Assembly (NCBI RefSeq): GCF_001194135.2
Contig: NC_068982.1
Span: forward strand, 26,185,214 to 26,249,213
Reading direction: 5' to 3'
Source of the DNA: Octopus bimaculoides
Lineage: Eukaryota
Length of the DNA stretch: 64,000 bases
Position numbers and translations under genes: made by a program
Shown: in pieces, positions 1-12,052 of the stretch
How the letters are laid out: each line of letters starts with the position of its first letter
Position numbering within the stretch: the first letter of the stretch is position 1
Notes under the pieces: model-generated
What the model was told of the DNA's origin: nothing
The model's database searches: none
What the model saw: the letters and a program-made list of their open reading frames with translations, nothing else

Positions 1-196
1 GTGTTTTTTCAGTGTTTGCAAATAACACGGAAAAGATAAATAAATAGTTACCAGGGTAGCAGAAATTCACACATGCACCAAGGATGTAACAGCCTATTTA
101 AAAAGTCAGAAACTCCAGGTTTAGGGGAAATTTTTTTGTATAATATAGATAAATAAATAAATGGAGTTAAACGCAAGTGTTATTCAAATCTTTTTA

Positions 197-285
197 CTTC
201 CGACATATGTTTCGAAAAAAAACATGGTATTATTTCAGAAGGAATAAAAGGGCGTAAAACAATGTAATCTTCTCATCAGGGAAAG
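197..285 (-). ncRNA. Type I hammerhead ribozyme motif with intact core, in the PLE pLTR
   Basis: Minus strand reads CTTTCC-CTGATGA-(59-nt stem II, GAAGA...TTTTC)-GAAA-CATATG-TC-GGAAG. Stem I pairs over 5 bp, stem III is palindromic and the cleavage triplet is GUC. Confidence 0.7.
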
Positions 286-639
286 AAAGAAACCAAGCAC
301 ATCAATAAGACATTTTAACAGAATGGGATGACTGCGTATATGATGATGGGAAGGCTATGACGTTCTTTTAGAAAACGTTAGTAGATATAACGTCAAGGTA
401 GTTTATAGAAAGAGAAGGAGGAGAAAGAAAGAAATTAGCAGAAAACTAATAGTGGAGAGATGTAGAGCGATAGGTGAATTAGAATAAAGCTTAAAGGCAT
501 GGGACTATATATATTTAGTGGAAGTGAAATGTAAGAAAAAAGTCAAAGATCGAATTTTATAGAATGGAAGAAATCACTTATAGGTTCTTATAGATATGCT
601 TAAACAAAACCATTTGGTTAATAATTCCATGTGGTAGGC

Positions 640-1240
640 AGATCAAATCCCCTTACCAGTTTCGTAAAGCTATAGAAAAGAATTTCTCAAGAAATTCAAG
701 ATACTATTCGATTATTAATTCACACCGAATCAGGATAGGTTTTTCTAACACAAAAAATCTTTCACAAATCATCTCTTCGCATAATGATAAGTTGTTAAAT
801 ACAAATCCACTTAATGAAAATACTAACATTGATTTTATTAACACTGACCATTCTTTAAATACTAATAACAGCGGGGTTATTGTTTCTGAAGTTGTCTCCA
901 ATCGCATTCGTTTTCTTAGCAGTAATTCTAAGACTAGAAACCTTATTTATCAATGTAAAATTACTTCCGGTTCTGACGTCTTTTATGTATATAGGTAGTT
1001 CTTCATCTTAGTTTCTAAAAGAATATCTAATAATCACTCTACGTTTAGGCATATCAATAAACGTAATAATACTGGGCTTAGTAAATTAATCTGGTATGTA
1101 AAAGATCATAATAAACAATTTGATTTGGAATGGAATATTGTCTCTATATCTATAACGTATGATAAAGGTAAATCTTTTTGTTCGCTTTGTAACAGTGAAA
1201 TATGTACTTTATCCTGTTCTCAGAGAATTCCCTTGTAAAC
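640..1240 (+). pseudogene. PLE ORF remnant (linker plus GIY-YIG endonuclease), frameshifted
   Basis: Stitched frames read FRKAIEKNFSRNSRYYSIINSHRIRIGFSNTKNLSQIISSHNDKLL ... TRNLIYQCKITSGSDVF-YIGSS ... KRISNNHSTFRHINKRNNTGLSKLIWYVKDHNKQFDLEWNIVSISITYDKGKSFCSLCNSE. This matches the PLE LIY..YIG, LSK.IW and C..C..E pattern. Confidence 0.8.
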
Positions 1241-1593
1241 ACGCTTATAGGACGCGTTTACCGTTGAAGACATTGGCAGAAACATACCTTTAGTTCCTAT
1301 AAGTGATTTCTACCATTCTATAAAATTCGACCTTTGATTGTCTTCTAACATTTCACTTCCATTAAATATATCTACTTCCATGCCTTTAAGCTTTATTCTA
1401 ATTCACCTATCGCTCTATATCTCTCCACTATTAGTTTTCTGCTAATTTCTTTCTTTCTCCTCCTTCTCTTTCTATAAACTACCCTGACGTTATATCTACT
1501 AAAGGTTTTTTAAGAACTTCATAGCGTTCCCTTCATCATATACGCAGTTATCACATTCTGTTAAAATGTCTTATTGGTGTGTTTGGTTTCTTT

Positions 1594-1683
1594 CTTTCCC
1601 TGATGAAAAGATTGCATTCTTTTACACCATTTTAATCCTTCTGGTATGATACCAATGTTTTCTTCGAAACATATGCCGGAAGT
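1594..1683 (+). ncRNA. Hammerhead ribozyme motif, second pLTR copy, probably inactive
   Basis: CTTTCC-CTGATGA-...-GAAA-CATATG-CC-GGAAG. The cleavage triplet is GCC instead of GUC. Confidence 0.6.
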
Positions 1684-1716
1684 AAAAAGATTTGAATAAC
1701 ACTTGCGTTTAACTCC

Positions 1717-1767
<51 letters not shown>

Positions 1768-1795
1768 TACATATATATATATATACATATGTATA

Positions 1796-3017
1796 CGAGG
1801 GGGTACCCAATCGTAACCGGAAGCATTCTCTGTGGGACAAGCCCATTGTAGTTCAGGCTTCCCTTGCTAGAATCACTTGATGCAACCCTCAGACATCAGT
1901 CGGCTAAGTGACATCGTCGAATGAAGTCGTACTGCTACCTGATACGTCTTTGCTTTGCAGTGCTTCTGTGGAAACGGCAGCCGAAACAGTTATCAAGCTT
2001 CAAAAGAACGCTGCCGTGAGCAAAACATAAGTTTACAAGTGGTTTTCACGATTTACGAATGCTGACTTGTCACTTGAAGACCAATCACGTTCAGGGTGTT
2101 TGTCGACCTCTTGAACGAATGAATACATCACGAAAATTCATTATCTGACCTTGGAGGACCGTCGCCGAACAATTGATGGACTTGTTGGTATGAGTGTTGT
2201 ATCCTGGAGCTCCTGCCAATGAATCCTGTGTGAAGAATTTCAAATGAAAAGAATTGCAGCAAAATTTGTGCCCTGCTTGATCACGGACGATCAAAGGCAG
2301 TCACGACTGAATGTATGTCGTGAACTGAAAGAACAGTTGGAAGTTGATCCGAACCTTTTTCCGAAGGTCATCACTGGTGACGAAAGCTGGTGCTACGGCT
2401 TCGACTCAGAAATGAAGCCACAATCAAGTCAATGGAAGCATTCAAGGTCACCACGCCCCTAAAAAGCGCGTCAAGTGAAATCCAATGTCAAGATGTTGCT
2501 GAGTTGTTTCATCAATACTAAAGGAATTGTCCACACAGAATTTGCTCCTCCTGGTCAAACCACTAACCAGATATTTTACTTGGCAGTTCTGAAGCCTTTG
2601 TGAGACGTGGTGAAACGAAAACGCCCAGACCTGTGGTAAAATGGAGAGCGGTGCTTTCATCATGACAAAGCACCTGTGTACGCCGCCTTTTGGCTTAAAA
2701 TGGTATGACCTCGCTTACCCACCCTTCTTATTCGCCCGATCTTTCTTCCTATGACTATTTTCTGATCTGCCGAATGAAAAAAGTCCTTAAAGGAAAACGT
2801 TTTTCAGATGTGGATAAGGTGAAGAAAAAATGACCGAGGCTTTTAAACGCATCACTTCGCAAGAGTTCCAGGACTGCTTCGAACAGTGGAAAACGTGTCT
2901 AGACTGATGCATTATGTCAAATAGAGAATGCATTGAAGGTGATAAAAGTGTAAACATGTAAAACAAAGTAAATGAAATAATATTGCAAAATTGCGGTTTC
3001 TTTTCGGAACCCCCTCA
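1796..3017 (+). mobile_element. Near full-length decayed mariner (DD34D) transposon
   Basis: TA-flanked imperfect TIRs (TA-CGAGGGGGTACCC...GGAACCCCCTCA-TA). Transposase motifs AAKFVPCLIT, VITGDESWCY, HHDKAP and PYSPDL..YDYF are present with stops and frameshifts. Confidence 0.95.
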
Positions 3018-3409
3018 TATATGTGTACTTCTATGTGAAAAACACATTTGTCTCTATCAGTATATGTACGTGTGTGTGTATGTATGTATGTGTCGATATT
3101 TGTATGTATCTGTATATGTTTATATGCTATGCTTTATATACATATATCCAATATATTTATCCGATATCGTTGAATTAACAAGGTAAACTATACCTCTCCC
3201 TTGAAAAATATCTTATTTAAATTAAGCAATTTAAACCAGCATAGTCCCAAATGTATGAAATATACTAACCGAGAATCCGTAAAAATTCGAGAATGGAACG
3301 CCTAATGGAACACGTAAAAAAGGTCTTTGTCTACATATGAATGCTACCAACAATACAAAAATGGAACAATGTACAGGGTATAATATAATATTATTATGTT
3401 TTATACACA

Positions 3410-3463
<54 letters not shown>

Positions 3464-3488
3464 AATTATATATATATATGTATATAAG

Positions 3489-3536
<48 letters not shown>

Positions 3537-3550
3537 TCCTATAAATTCAG

Positions 3551-3589
<39 letters not shown>

Positions 3590-3655
3590 CACACACACAA
3601 AACAAGAGAGAAGTTGGAAATAAGGTTAATAAAATTTTATTAACATTCATAAGAC

Positions 3656-3770
3656 TAGTCCTACAATTGTTTCAGTTCATCAATTGCAGCATAAGAATTA
3701 ATCACATTTAATTTAATTTAACTAAATTAATTTGGTTAATTACCACAAGTGAGAATATCTGCAGAGAAGG
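3656..3770 (-). ncRNA. Hammerhead motif with long stem II, core mutated
   Basis: Minus strand reads CCTTCT-CTGCAGA-tattctcacttg...-GAAA-CAATTG-TA-GGAC. Stem III is palindromic (CAATTG) but the core is CUGCAGA rather than CUGANGA. Confidence 0.5.
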
Positions 3771-5676
3771 ATGTACAGAAAAATTTATTATATTTAAAAC
3801 AAAATTAAAACATAGAAACAGGAAGAATAAAATGTAACACCATAGTTAAAAATATGCACACAAGTATAAAACTAGATATAGTTATAAAAAAAGATATATA
3901 GTTAATTATAAATTAATATAAATAATGATAATGCAGACATACTCATGCAAAATGTGAGAAATGGTGATTTGTAAAAAACAATAAACTGTTTATTAAATTG
4001 TGGGAGTAGAGAAGTGAAATAATTAAGTATTCAATACACACATATATGCACACAAGCACGTAATACATGTACATACACTCTCACATACACACTCACACGC
4101 GTGCACACACATACATACACACACGCACACACATATATACATACATATACATATACAAATAGAAGGCTAAGCAAGATTAATACACTAAATTAATTAATGT
4201 AATAAAATTATTAATTGATATGAAGATAAAGTCATAATATATGAAGATTAAGTGAAAATAGAAAGTAGAAGGAATTGTGTTGAAATGAGCTTCCATAGAT
4301 TCGGATAGAAGAAGAGAAAATCTAGACGCCGAGAACACAACAAAAATATACGATGGATTATTAAACCAAGTTCGGAATGAAAATAAGATACGAGATAATT
4401 AATGAATGAAACTAATATCAAATGTACTATTTAAATGTTAATTATACAAATCTAAATATTCATATGTAGTAGTTATCCTGCAAAAACATGTACACGCACT
4501 TATATTCGTATATATATAAAATATATATGCACATACGCACAGACACGGAAACATATATACATATTTATGCATACACATGAATACACATACGCGTAGTTAC
4601 ATACCTACACAAATATTGAACATAGAAGAAAAACAAAGTGAAAAATTTATACATACAGTAAAGTAAGTTACTTAATTTATTTAAAATAGGTTCTGTTAAT
4701 AGTTATGCATATACCAACCCCAAAACAAAATGAAAAATCATACATCTCGTAAATTTTTAATCTATTCATAATAGGTTCTAGTCATGTCTATACCCACCCA
4801 AACACACATATACATATATATGTATATCTAAATACATACACAAATGCCCCCCCCACACACACATATATATATATATACATATATATACATGCATACGCAT
4901 ATATATATATATATATACATACATATACATATTTACACATACACAATAACATATATACTCAGCACATGGACATACACACACTAATAGGTAGATGAATATC
5001 CACAAATATGACAGTATAGACATATAAAGAAAGTTTAAAACAAAACTATACAAAAACATATAAAGGAAAAAGATATATAGATATTTTAATATAAATAAAT
5101 AAAAAACATGGGGGATCAAAAGAATATGTACATATGCATATACATACATACACATAGACATACAATTATATGAATAAATACCCATCATATGCATATACAC
5201 ACACATAAACACTAATAGGCGGATGAATATCCATAAATTTAAGAATATAAAGATATGGATAAATAAAACTTTGAGTAAAAATACATAAACGTACATATAT
5301 AAACATTATATATATATACATATGCCTCTATATATATGTGTGTGTATGTGATAGTGTGAGTGTACATGTATTATGTGCATGTGTGTATATATGTTTATAT
5401 TGAATACCTAATTATTTCACTTCCCTACTACCATAATTTAATAAACGGCCTATCGTTTTTTACGCGTCACCATTTTACGAATTTTGCATGGGTTATCATT
5501 ATGTATATTAATTTTGCATGCGTTATCATTATGTATATTAATTTATGACTAACTAAATATTTTTATAACTGTTTCTGTTTTAATAACTCTGTATATATTT
5601 TTAACTATAATGGTACTTTTTATTCTTCTTGTTTTTATGTTTTCAATTTGTTTTAAACATAAATTCTTATGTACAT

Positions 5677-5790
5677 CCTTCCCTGATGATATTTTCACTT
5701 GTAGTAATTAACCAAATTAATTCAGTTAAGTTAAATTGAATTTGATTATTTTTTATGCGGCAAGTGAGGAATTGAAACAGTTGTAGGTCT
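5677..5790 (+). ncRNA. Hammerhead motif with 84-nt stem II, core intact
   Basis: CCTTCC-CTGATGA (5683-5689)-tattttcacttg...caagtgaggaatt-GAAA (5774-5777)-CAGTTG-TA-GG. The stem II base CACTTG/CAAGTG pairs perfectly; stem I is short. Confidence 0.6.
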
Positions 5791-5966
5791 GGGCTTGTCA
5801 ATGTTAATAAACTTTTATCAATCTTATCTCCATCTTCTCTCTTGTTTTGTATAATGAATGTGCCTGCTTTGTTAGGCATTCAACCAGTCTAATGCTGGAC
5901 ATTTTTATCCATCCGAGATCTATATCCTCAATTGGTCTATATATATAGATTCTCTCTCTGTCTCCT

Positions 5967-6011
<45 letters not shown>

Positions 6012-6105
6012 ATATATATATACACACACACACACATATATATGTACATATATATATGTATTTATATATATATACATAATTATATATATGTTTATATATG
6101 TATGC

Positions 6106-6139
<34 letters not shown>

Positions 6140-6144
<5 letters not shown>

Positions 6145-8445
6145 TTTTGAAAACAACTTGCACATGAAAGTGCTACCGTCGAACGCTCTGCATACTGGAG
6201 GTCAACAAGTCTATGGGGTCATCAGGAGAGAATGCGTGCCGTTTCTAGGCCTACCTCCCGACAGCATCACTAATATGAGACTCCGCTTGCTAGATCAACT
6301 TGTTATCAATTAAAGCTCAATATTCTTCTAGCCATCGCTCATCGTCTCTTTTTAACCAAATCCAGTGGCTAACTTTTTCCACTGTAGTTTGACTATCAGT
6401 CATGGTGGTATTTACATTACGATAAGCTAGGCCTAACGACAACAACGGTCGCCTTACACTGTGCCCAACGAATCCTCTACATCCGACTTCGATTGGAAAA
6501 TGTTCCGCTTTTCAGCCTGCGTCTTCACTTTCTTCGAGGAGGTTTACATAACGGTCAGTCTTTCGAACCCGAGCGGCTTTCATGTTATCTTCATGAGGAA
6601 CTGTTTACTCGACTAGATTCACAACTTTCTTTCACACCATATTAAAATGTCCAGGTTTTTCGTAACTGGGATAGGAAAGAGTCCCTGGTACGCTGGTAAA
6701 TCTGCAACCACCTCCCAATCGCCGTTCCACTTTTAATTGCTCACAGGAAGTTTCTTCCTCGTCTTGAAACGGATCTGTTGTCCTGAACGCTCGAAGGTAA
6801 TGAGATCTCTAAATGGTAATTTCAACGGTTTTTTTACTGTTGTTGAGATCAATTTGGTTCTTAATAGCATTGAAGATAACCTTAAAGACAAGTTGTGTCT
6901 CCATGTATACCTATTCAATGCTAGTGAACAGCTGGAAAGAATATGTTTCAGTGTTCCAACCTTTCCGCATGCATTTGCATATACCATTCTCTGAAACGTT
7001 CCATCTTACTAGATTTGCAGGTGAGGGCAAGGCATCATATAATGAACGAAACAGAAAACTTAGCCGAGATGTGGTCCACCTCTATATCTCATTCCAACAT
7101 GTTCCTCCCATCTCGTCATCTGTCCTTGTTGAGTGCATTGGATCAAATGAAGCTCTCTTCTCTCTGCTTCCCTTGTTTTGTTGCTGTTGCTAACAACAGA
7201 TCATACTTGCAAACGGCCTGAACTAATCTGCGCCCAAGACCAAGTCTCTTCCGATGATTTTACGTAGCACCCACCATATTTCGGTGTGTAAGAGAAGCCA
7301 GAATGTTATCAGTCTTTGCTTCTGCTTTCCACTTCCTGACTGTTTTCACATCTGGTGGATTACGCCTGATTTCCATGACCTTCGACTCTCTCAGCATCAT
7401 CACCGTTCGTACCTTCCCTACTTTATAAATTTCGATTAATTACGATAAAGAGCTGAACTTTTCAATATCCGAGGTAGACCTAGCCACTGTCTAATGAACA
7501 CATTACATAACTCGTGCTACCTTGTATATTAAAAGTGGTCACGAAAGTCGCGGATACAAGCTGGTAACTTTGAGTTATCAATCGCTTGTAACAATCGCTA
7601 GCAATAAGCTCGCCTTGTTTCATAATTTCCATCCCGCGACTCCTGTCTGACAATTTTCCAGCGTATACTCGTCCCAAGCTTTTGACGGCTTCTTCCTTTA
7701 CTGTTGGAATGCCTTCTTCAGCTATTTGAAACCGAACTCTTTTTGCACTCCCTTAATAAATGTCAGACTACGCATCCTTGCATCCTTGACCACTTCATCA
7801 TTGACCACTTCACATCCTTGCATCCTTGACCGCATCCTTGACCACTTCACAAGATCGTCTAGTCTTAAGAGAGTACTTTGCATTATTTGCTTGTCTGTTG
7901 ATAGAAGTGTCACGTAATCGATGACGGCCTTCTTAGGCGATTGTACATGGGCGATTTGTTCCGAAAAATTCACGGCCTTCAAAATCATCTCCGTGTCTAA
8001 GATAAACCACGTGTCAGATGTTGTGTAACAAACAGCAATGCCAAACTCCAATCGGTGCCAATCTGTTGTAAAATATCCTGCTGTAAACCTCATCTCGAAA
8101 CTGACATAATATTTCTTCATTAATTTGGTTACTTTGCTTGGAATGTGGAAGTGGTCCATGATTCTCAGTAATTCATGTGACACTGAGCCAGATGCATTAG
8201 CTAGGCCAAGTCGTACTACGTTCAGACTTGTCTTGTTCTGTTTGGCATCCTGGATCACTTTTCAAATCGAAAAACAATGTTCTATGCATCCAGGGACTCC
8301 AGTGATTCTGGCCTTTTGAACAAATTCATCAACATATCCATTACTCTGTAAATATGTCACCGTTCTCCTTGAGCGAATTCCTATAAAGATCTTGCCTTCC
8401 ACGTTCAATAAGGATATCGGCCTAAACTGTTTTATAGTCTTTGCA
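6140..8445 (-). mobile_element. 5'-truncated non-LTR retrotransposon of the R2 superfamily, HERO-like (RT, zinc knuckle, restriction-like endonuclease), decayed
   Basis: Motifs KTIKQFRPISLLNVEGKIF, PGCIEH, LANASGSVSHEL, CGKVGTLKHILSSC...YTWRHN, LVE*TVPHEDN...HFPIEVGCRGFVG and terminal SHWIWLKRDDERWLEEY*. The 3' UTR ends at a (TA)n tract. Confidence 0.9.
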
Positions 8446-9265
8446 TTGGCAGTGATTGATGAGCTAGGTTTAATGAAATCATAATGGATCACACCTACGC
8501 CACACCACCAAACACACACCATCAGCTTCTTTTGATGAATTTTGCTTTTTGGACTGTGTTTTTGTGGCTCGTCTTTTTCCAACCATTGTGCTGAACGTTT
8601 ACGGTTGTTGTATTGGATCCATTTCTCATCACATTACAATCCGATTCAAAAAGGATTCATATTTGTGACGAAAAAGTAGCATAATGCAAGCTTCCAAATG
8701 TTGCTGTTTCTGATTTTCATTGAGTTCATGTGGAACCCACTTATCCAACTTTTTCACTTTACCGATTTGAACTAGGTGAGTCAATATTGTTTACTTGCTA
8801 ACACCAAACAACAGCGATAATCCACGGGCACTTTGAGATGGATCTCACTCGACGGTGGCTTTCAGTTCGTCATTATCAACCTTTGTTTCTAGTCGACCGC
8901 GTTGCTCATTTGTAAGGTCAAAGTTACCAGAACGAAATTTTGCAAACCAATTTGATACTGTCTGCTGTGTAATAACATTAGAACGAAATACTCCATTAGT
9001 ATTCCGAGCTGTCTGTGATACTGTATTTCCAAGAAAGAACTCATAATTCAAAACTGTACGAATTTACGACTTATCTATCTCTAAACAAAATTAGCAAAAA
9101 ACTATTTATAAATACTTTATAAAGCACGAAATGAGTTAGAATAAAGAAATAGAGTATCAGCTTTCTAACAAAAAATAAAAACTGTCAAAATATAATAATG
9201 GCGCAAAATGAACTGATGTCAAAATACCATATACCTTACTACAAATTTCATACTTGACGACCTAA
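8446..9265 (-). mobile_element. 5' two-thirds of a mariner transposon (Mos1/Hsmar-like)
   Basis: 5' TIR TA-TTAGGTCGTCAAGTATGAAAT at about 9245-9267. HTH region TVSNWFAKFRSGNFDL, then KWVPHEL, CDEKWIQY and KKLMVCVWW. It ends abruptly at the LINE junction. Confidence 0.9.
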
Positions 9266-9269
9266 TAAA

Positions 9270-9420
9270 TAGGGAAGTAGATTATCCATCAGCGATCTTG
9301 TGGGTAGCAATGTTGATGGTTGAGAAAATTTAATTGTTGCTACCACGCTAGCTAGGCACATTGGTACGTGGAATTTCGAAACTATTGGTCGGTAGTTGTA
9401 GAAATTTAGGTTTTCATGGA
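9270..9420 (-). mobile_element. Short degenerate LINE RT fragment (L1/Tx1-like)
   Basis: Translation includes NYRPIV...FSQPSTLLPTRSLMDNL, resembling RT motifs NYRPI and GF.P.RS..DN. Confidence 0.35.
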
Positions 9421-9973
9421 ATAGATAACAAATATACTCAATTACTGAGCGTAAAGCAGACAACGCACAAACCGAGGCAATCAAATGACTGTGGAAGACG
9501 TTAAATAACTTAAGCGTGGAGGGCCTTTAATTTACTAAATATATAATGAGGACGAAACTAGGTTGTATTGGCGGTCGCTACATTAGAATATTTGAGCTTT
9601 TACAAGGCAACATCCACACCTATTCGTAAATTAAAGCATTGGGTTACACGAACGCAAAGTGTATGTACATTTCAAATATAGTGAGAGTGGTAAGCATGTT
9701 CTCGAGGTTTGAAAAGCATAATAGACCAATACCGTGATTTATTACTATTATAAGAAATCACGCTTCAGCTTCTACATCTGTATTGATTTTTTTCTCTGGG
9801 TTCTCATTCCTGCATTGTGTAAATGTACTAATGTCCTCAAACGTTCACCAGATGAGGTGACAGTGATAGTAACTTTTAACAACACAGTTGCTCACCGAGA
9901 TAACAGTGTCTTGTCCGTAATAATGGTAAAAAATATAGTGCAGGGTCTAACCATCTAACGTTAACTCCACGCA

Positions 9974-10178
9974 AAGCAGTGACCTGGCAGAATGGTTAGC
10001 ACGCCGGGTAAAATTCTTAGCAGCATTTGTCCATCTTTACATTCTGAGTTTAAATTCCGTCAAGGTTGACATTACCTTTCATCGTTTCGGGTTCGATAGT
10101 TGAACACTGGAGTTGATGTAATCGACTCTACTACTCCCCTGAAATTGCTGGCCTTGTGCCAAAATTTGAGACCAATAT
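9974..10178 (+). mobile_element. tRNA-derived SINE (Octopus-type family 1)
   Basis: tggcagaatggttagcacgccggg head, ttgacattacctttcatc core and gctggccttgtgccaaaatttgagaccaat tail, all shared with many copies in this window. Confidence 0.85.
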
Positions 10179-10998
10179 TAACCCCATGCTTCAACTCATT
10201 GAGTAAGTTATAATTGCAGCCTTTAAGAGATTATTCTGTTGACGAAAATATCCAGAGTAATTCCTTCTAGTGTTAAAACACTATCTTTACTCTTTTCCTG
10301 TCTAGTGTACCACTTGTGATCACAGGACTGATTTATTTTATACGTTTTTCCAATTGTTTTTCAACTATCAGATTGACATGGCACATATGAAAGGAAAACT
10401 TTATATCACTTAAGATGTGTGGAACAAGGGCTGACAAAAAGTCTGAAAATAAGCATGGACGTTTAGGACAAACTTATTAAAATGCTTTGGATAGGCAAAG
10501 GGTTAAGACAGACAAAGAACTTTCAGTAACATTAAGAACTACAACGCTATATCTGCAATATTGAATTTAGCAGCTTCATGGAAAGTTTGTTTTTATATAG
10601 ACAGGAGTACCATAAGATTTTGCTTCATTTTTACAAGCTGCAACATCTTATATCTTTCAAGAAGACTTTTGTCATAACTCCAATTAATTTTGAATTACTC
10701 AGAGAAGATATGTTGTCTAGATGAATTACAAAATTTTCTGTAAAGTACACGTGTGTGTGTGTGTGTCTGTGTATGCGTGTGTGTGTGTGTGTCTGTGTAT
10801 GCGTGTGTGTGTGTGTGTGTGTGTACGTGTGTGATACCTGTAGAAAGAGACAGATAAAGAGAGTCACAGAGTTGCTTCTAATAAATTGTTTCTAAACATA
10901 GGATAATGAAACATGAGTATAGAATAAAACCTTCGCTTAGGTAAATAATTGTCTCTTCCTCCTCACCCCCCCCCTTTTGTTTACTCCCTCTCAATGTC

Positions 10999-11000
<2 letters not shown>

Positions 11001-11062
<62 letters not shown>
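11001..11062. repeat. (CA)n microsatellite
   Basis: Direct read of the sequence. Confidence 0.95.
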
Positions 11063-11070
<8 letters not shown>

Positions 11071-11814
11071 ACTCAGTACTCAGACATATGTAACTGTATG
11101 CCATGAAAAATAATCTTTTTGAAAAAACTTTCTGAGTATATTTTTTCGGTGTGTTCTTTCTGCATTATCAAAAATTAGGTTTCTTACAATTAATACCCTC
11201 ATGGTAAATTTTAATTATGATTTAACTAGCGTCAAGTATCGAAATTTGTTACAAACTGATTCAATAACTTAATACCTAAGATAAAGCATTGTTAATACGA
11301 TTATAATTTTTGTTCTATTCACGTGCATGTATATGTAAGTCTCCCCTCTCCACGTCACTGACGTTGTCTGCGAAAATATAAGTCTGATATTGCCTGACAT
11401 CAGTGTCGTCGAGATATTGCTCTCAGAAGGTGGAACCAGATCAGATATCGCAAAGTATCCCATTCTTTGGGCATTTCAACAGCTTACGCCGACAAAATTT
11501 TGTTCACAAAGCTTGGATATAGACAAAACGGAAAAACATTTATACAAGATGCTGCAGGACTTCATGATTGCAAAGTTGATTTCTTAGTGACACAGACTGA
11601 GTAAAAAAAAATACATAGAAGAGAGTATTACATAAAACGTAGACTATCAAAATGGGAGAATATGGTACTTGTCTCAAAAATTCAGAATCAATCGTTTGAT
11701 AAACTCAAAATATAAGGCTTATCTTTATTGGATTCTTGTTTTGATGGCAAAGTTGTGAATATATATATTGTATTAAACATATTTTGTCAAATTTGTTTAT
11801 TTGCTAATGTTGTT

Positions 11815-12052
11815 TTATCCACAGGTCGAATACACTATTTTCAAAGGTGACCCGGCCATGATCACTCCATCTTTTGTTTTAATTATTGTCCATCCAGCAC
11901 TATAATAGCCATTGTAGCATTCTACTTTAAGAGTAAAATGTGATTTGAAGGACATTTGGTGATTATTTCTCGCAATATCAGCGTCTATGTAGAGGCTTCC
12001 AAATTTACTTGTCATGAACTTTGATGGAAGGCTTTGTGGTCTGTTTTGGAAG
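11815..12052 (-). CDS. Candidate terminal exon with weak cadherin-repeat-like sequence
   Basis: Acceptor aatcttag| then phase-2 open frame FQNRPQSLPSKFMTSKFGSLYIDADIARNNHQMSFKSHFTLKVECYNGYYSAGWTIIKTKDGVIMAGSPLKIVYSTCG*. AATAAA lies about 14 nt after the stop. ORFs of this length also arise by chance here. Confidence 0.3.

Larger units (their letters stand above)
158..1722 (+). mobile_element. 5'-truncated Penelope-like retroelement: GIY-YIG endonuclease remnant flanked by inverted pseudo-LTRs
   Basis: About 158-590 is the reverse complement of about 1290-1722 (e.g. atggagttaaacgcaagtgttattcaaatc vs gatttgaataacacttgcgtttaactccat). A degenerate PLE ORF C-terminus lies between the arms. An inverted pLTR at a 5' truncation is a known PLE structure. 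Confidence 0.85.
3610..5830. repeat. Long inverted repeat pair (about 3610-4070 and 5370-5830), each arm with a hammerhead motif; probable PLE-derived pLTRs with no ORF
   Basis: The arms align as reverse complements (e.g. ttgaatacctaattatttcacttccctac and gtacatccttccctgatgatattttcacttg have reverse-complement counterparts at 3750-4040). The spacer is microsatellite-rich. Confidence 0.65.

Noticed and set aside
2983-6150. Low-complexity ORFs such as MYIYIY, CVCVCV and ERERER here and throughout the window
   Set aside because: They are translations of (TA)n, (CA)n, (GA)n and (TATG)n microsatellites.
6200-6225. CTGATGA (minus strand) in the HERO-like 3' UTR as a hammerhead
   Set aside because: No correctly placed GAAA, stem III or cleavage site.
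9974-10060. tRNA gene (also SINE heads at 16473, 22450-22526 and 43900-43970)
   Set aside because: A/B-box-like heads run into SINE core and tail sequences, and no full cloverleaf is present.
11400-11603. Plus-strand open frame RWNQIRYRKVSHSLGISTAYADKILFTKLGY...
   Set aside because: Protein-like but short, with weak splice signals and no recognisable family; the faint transposase-HTH resemblance is not supportable.
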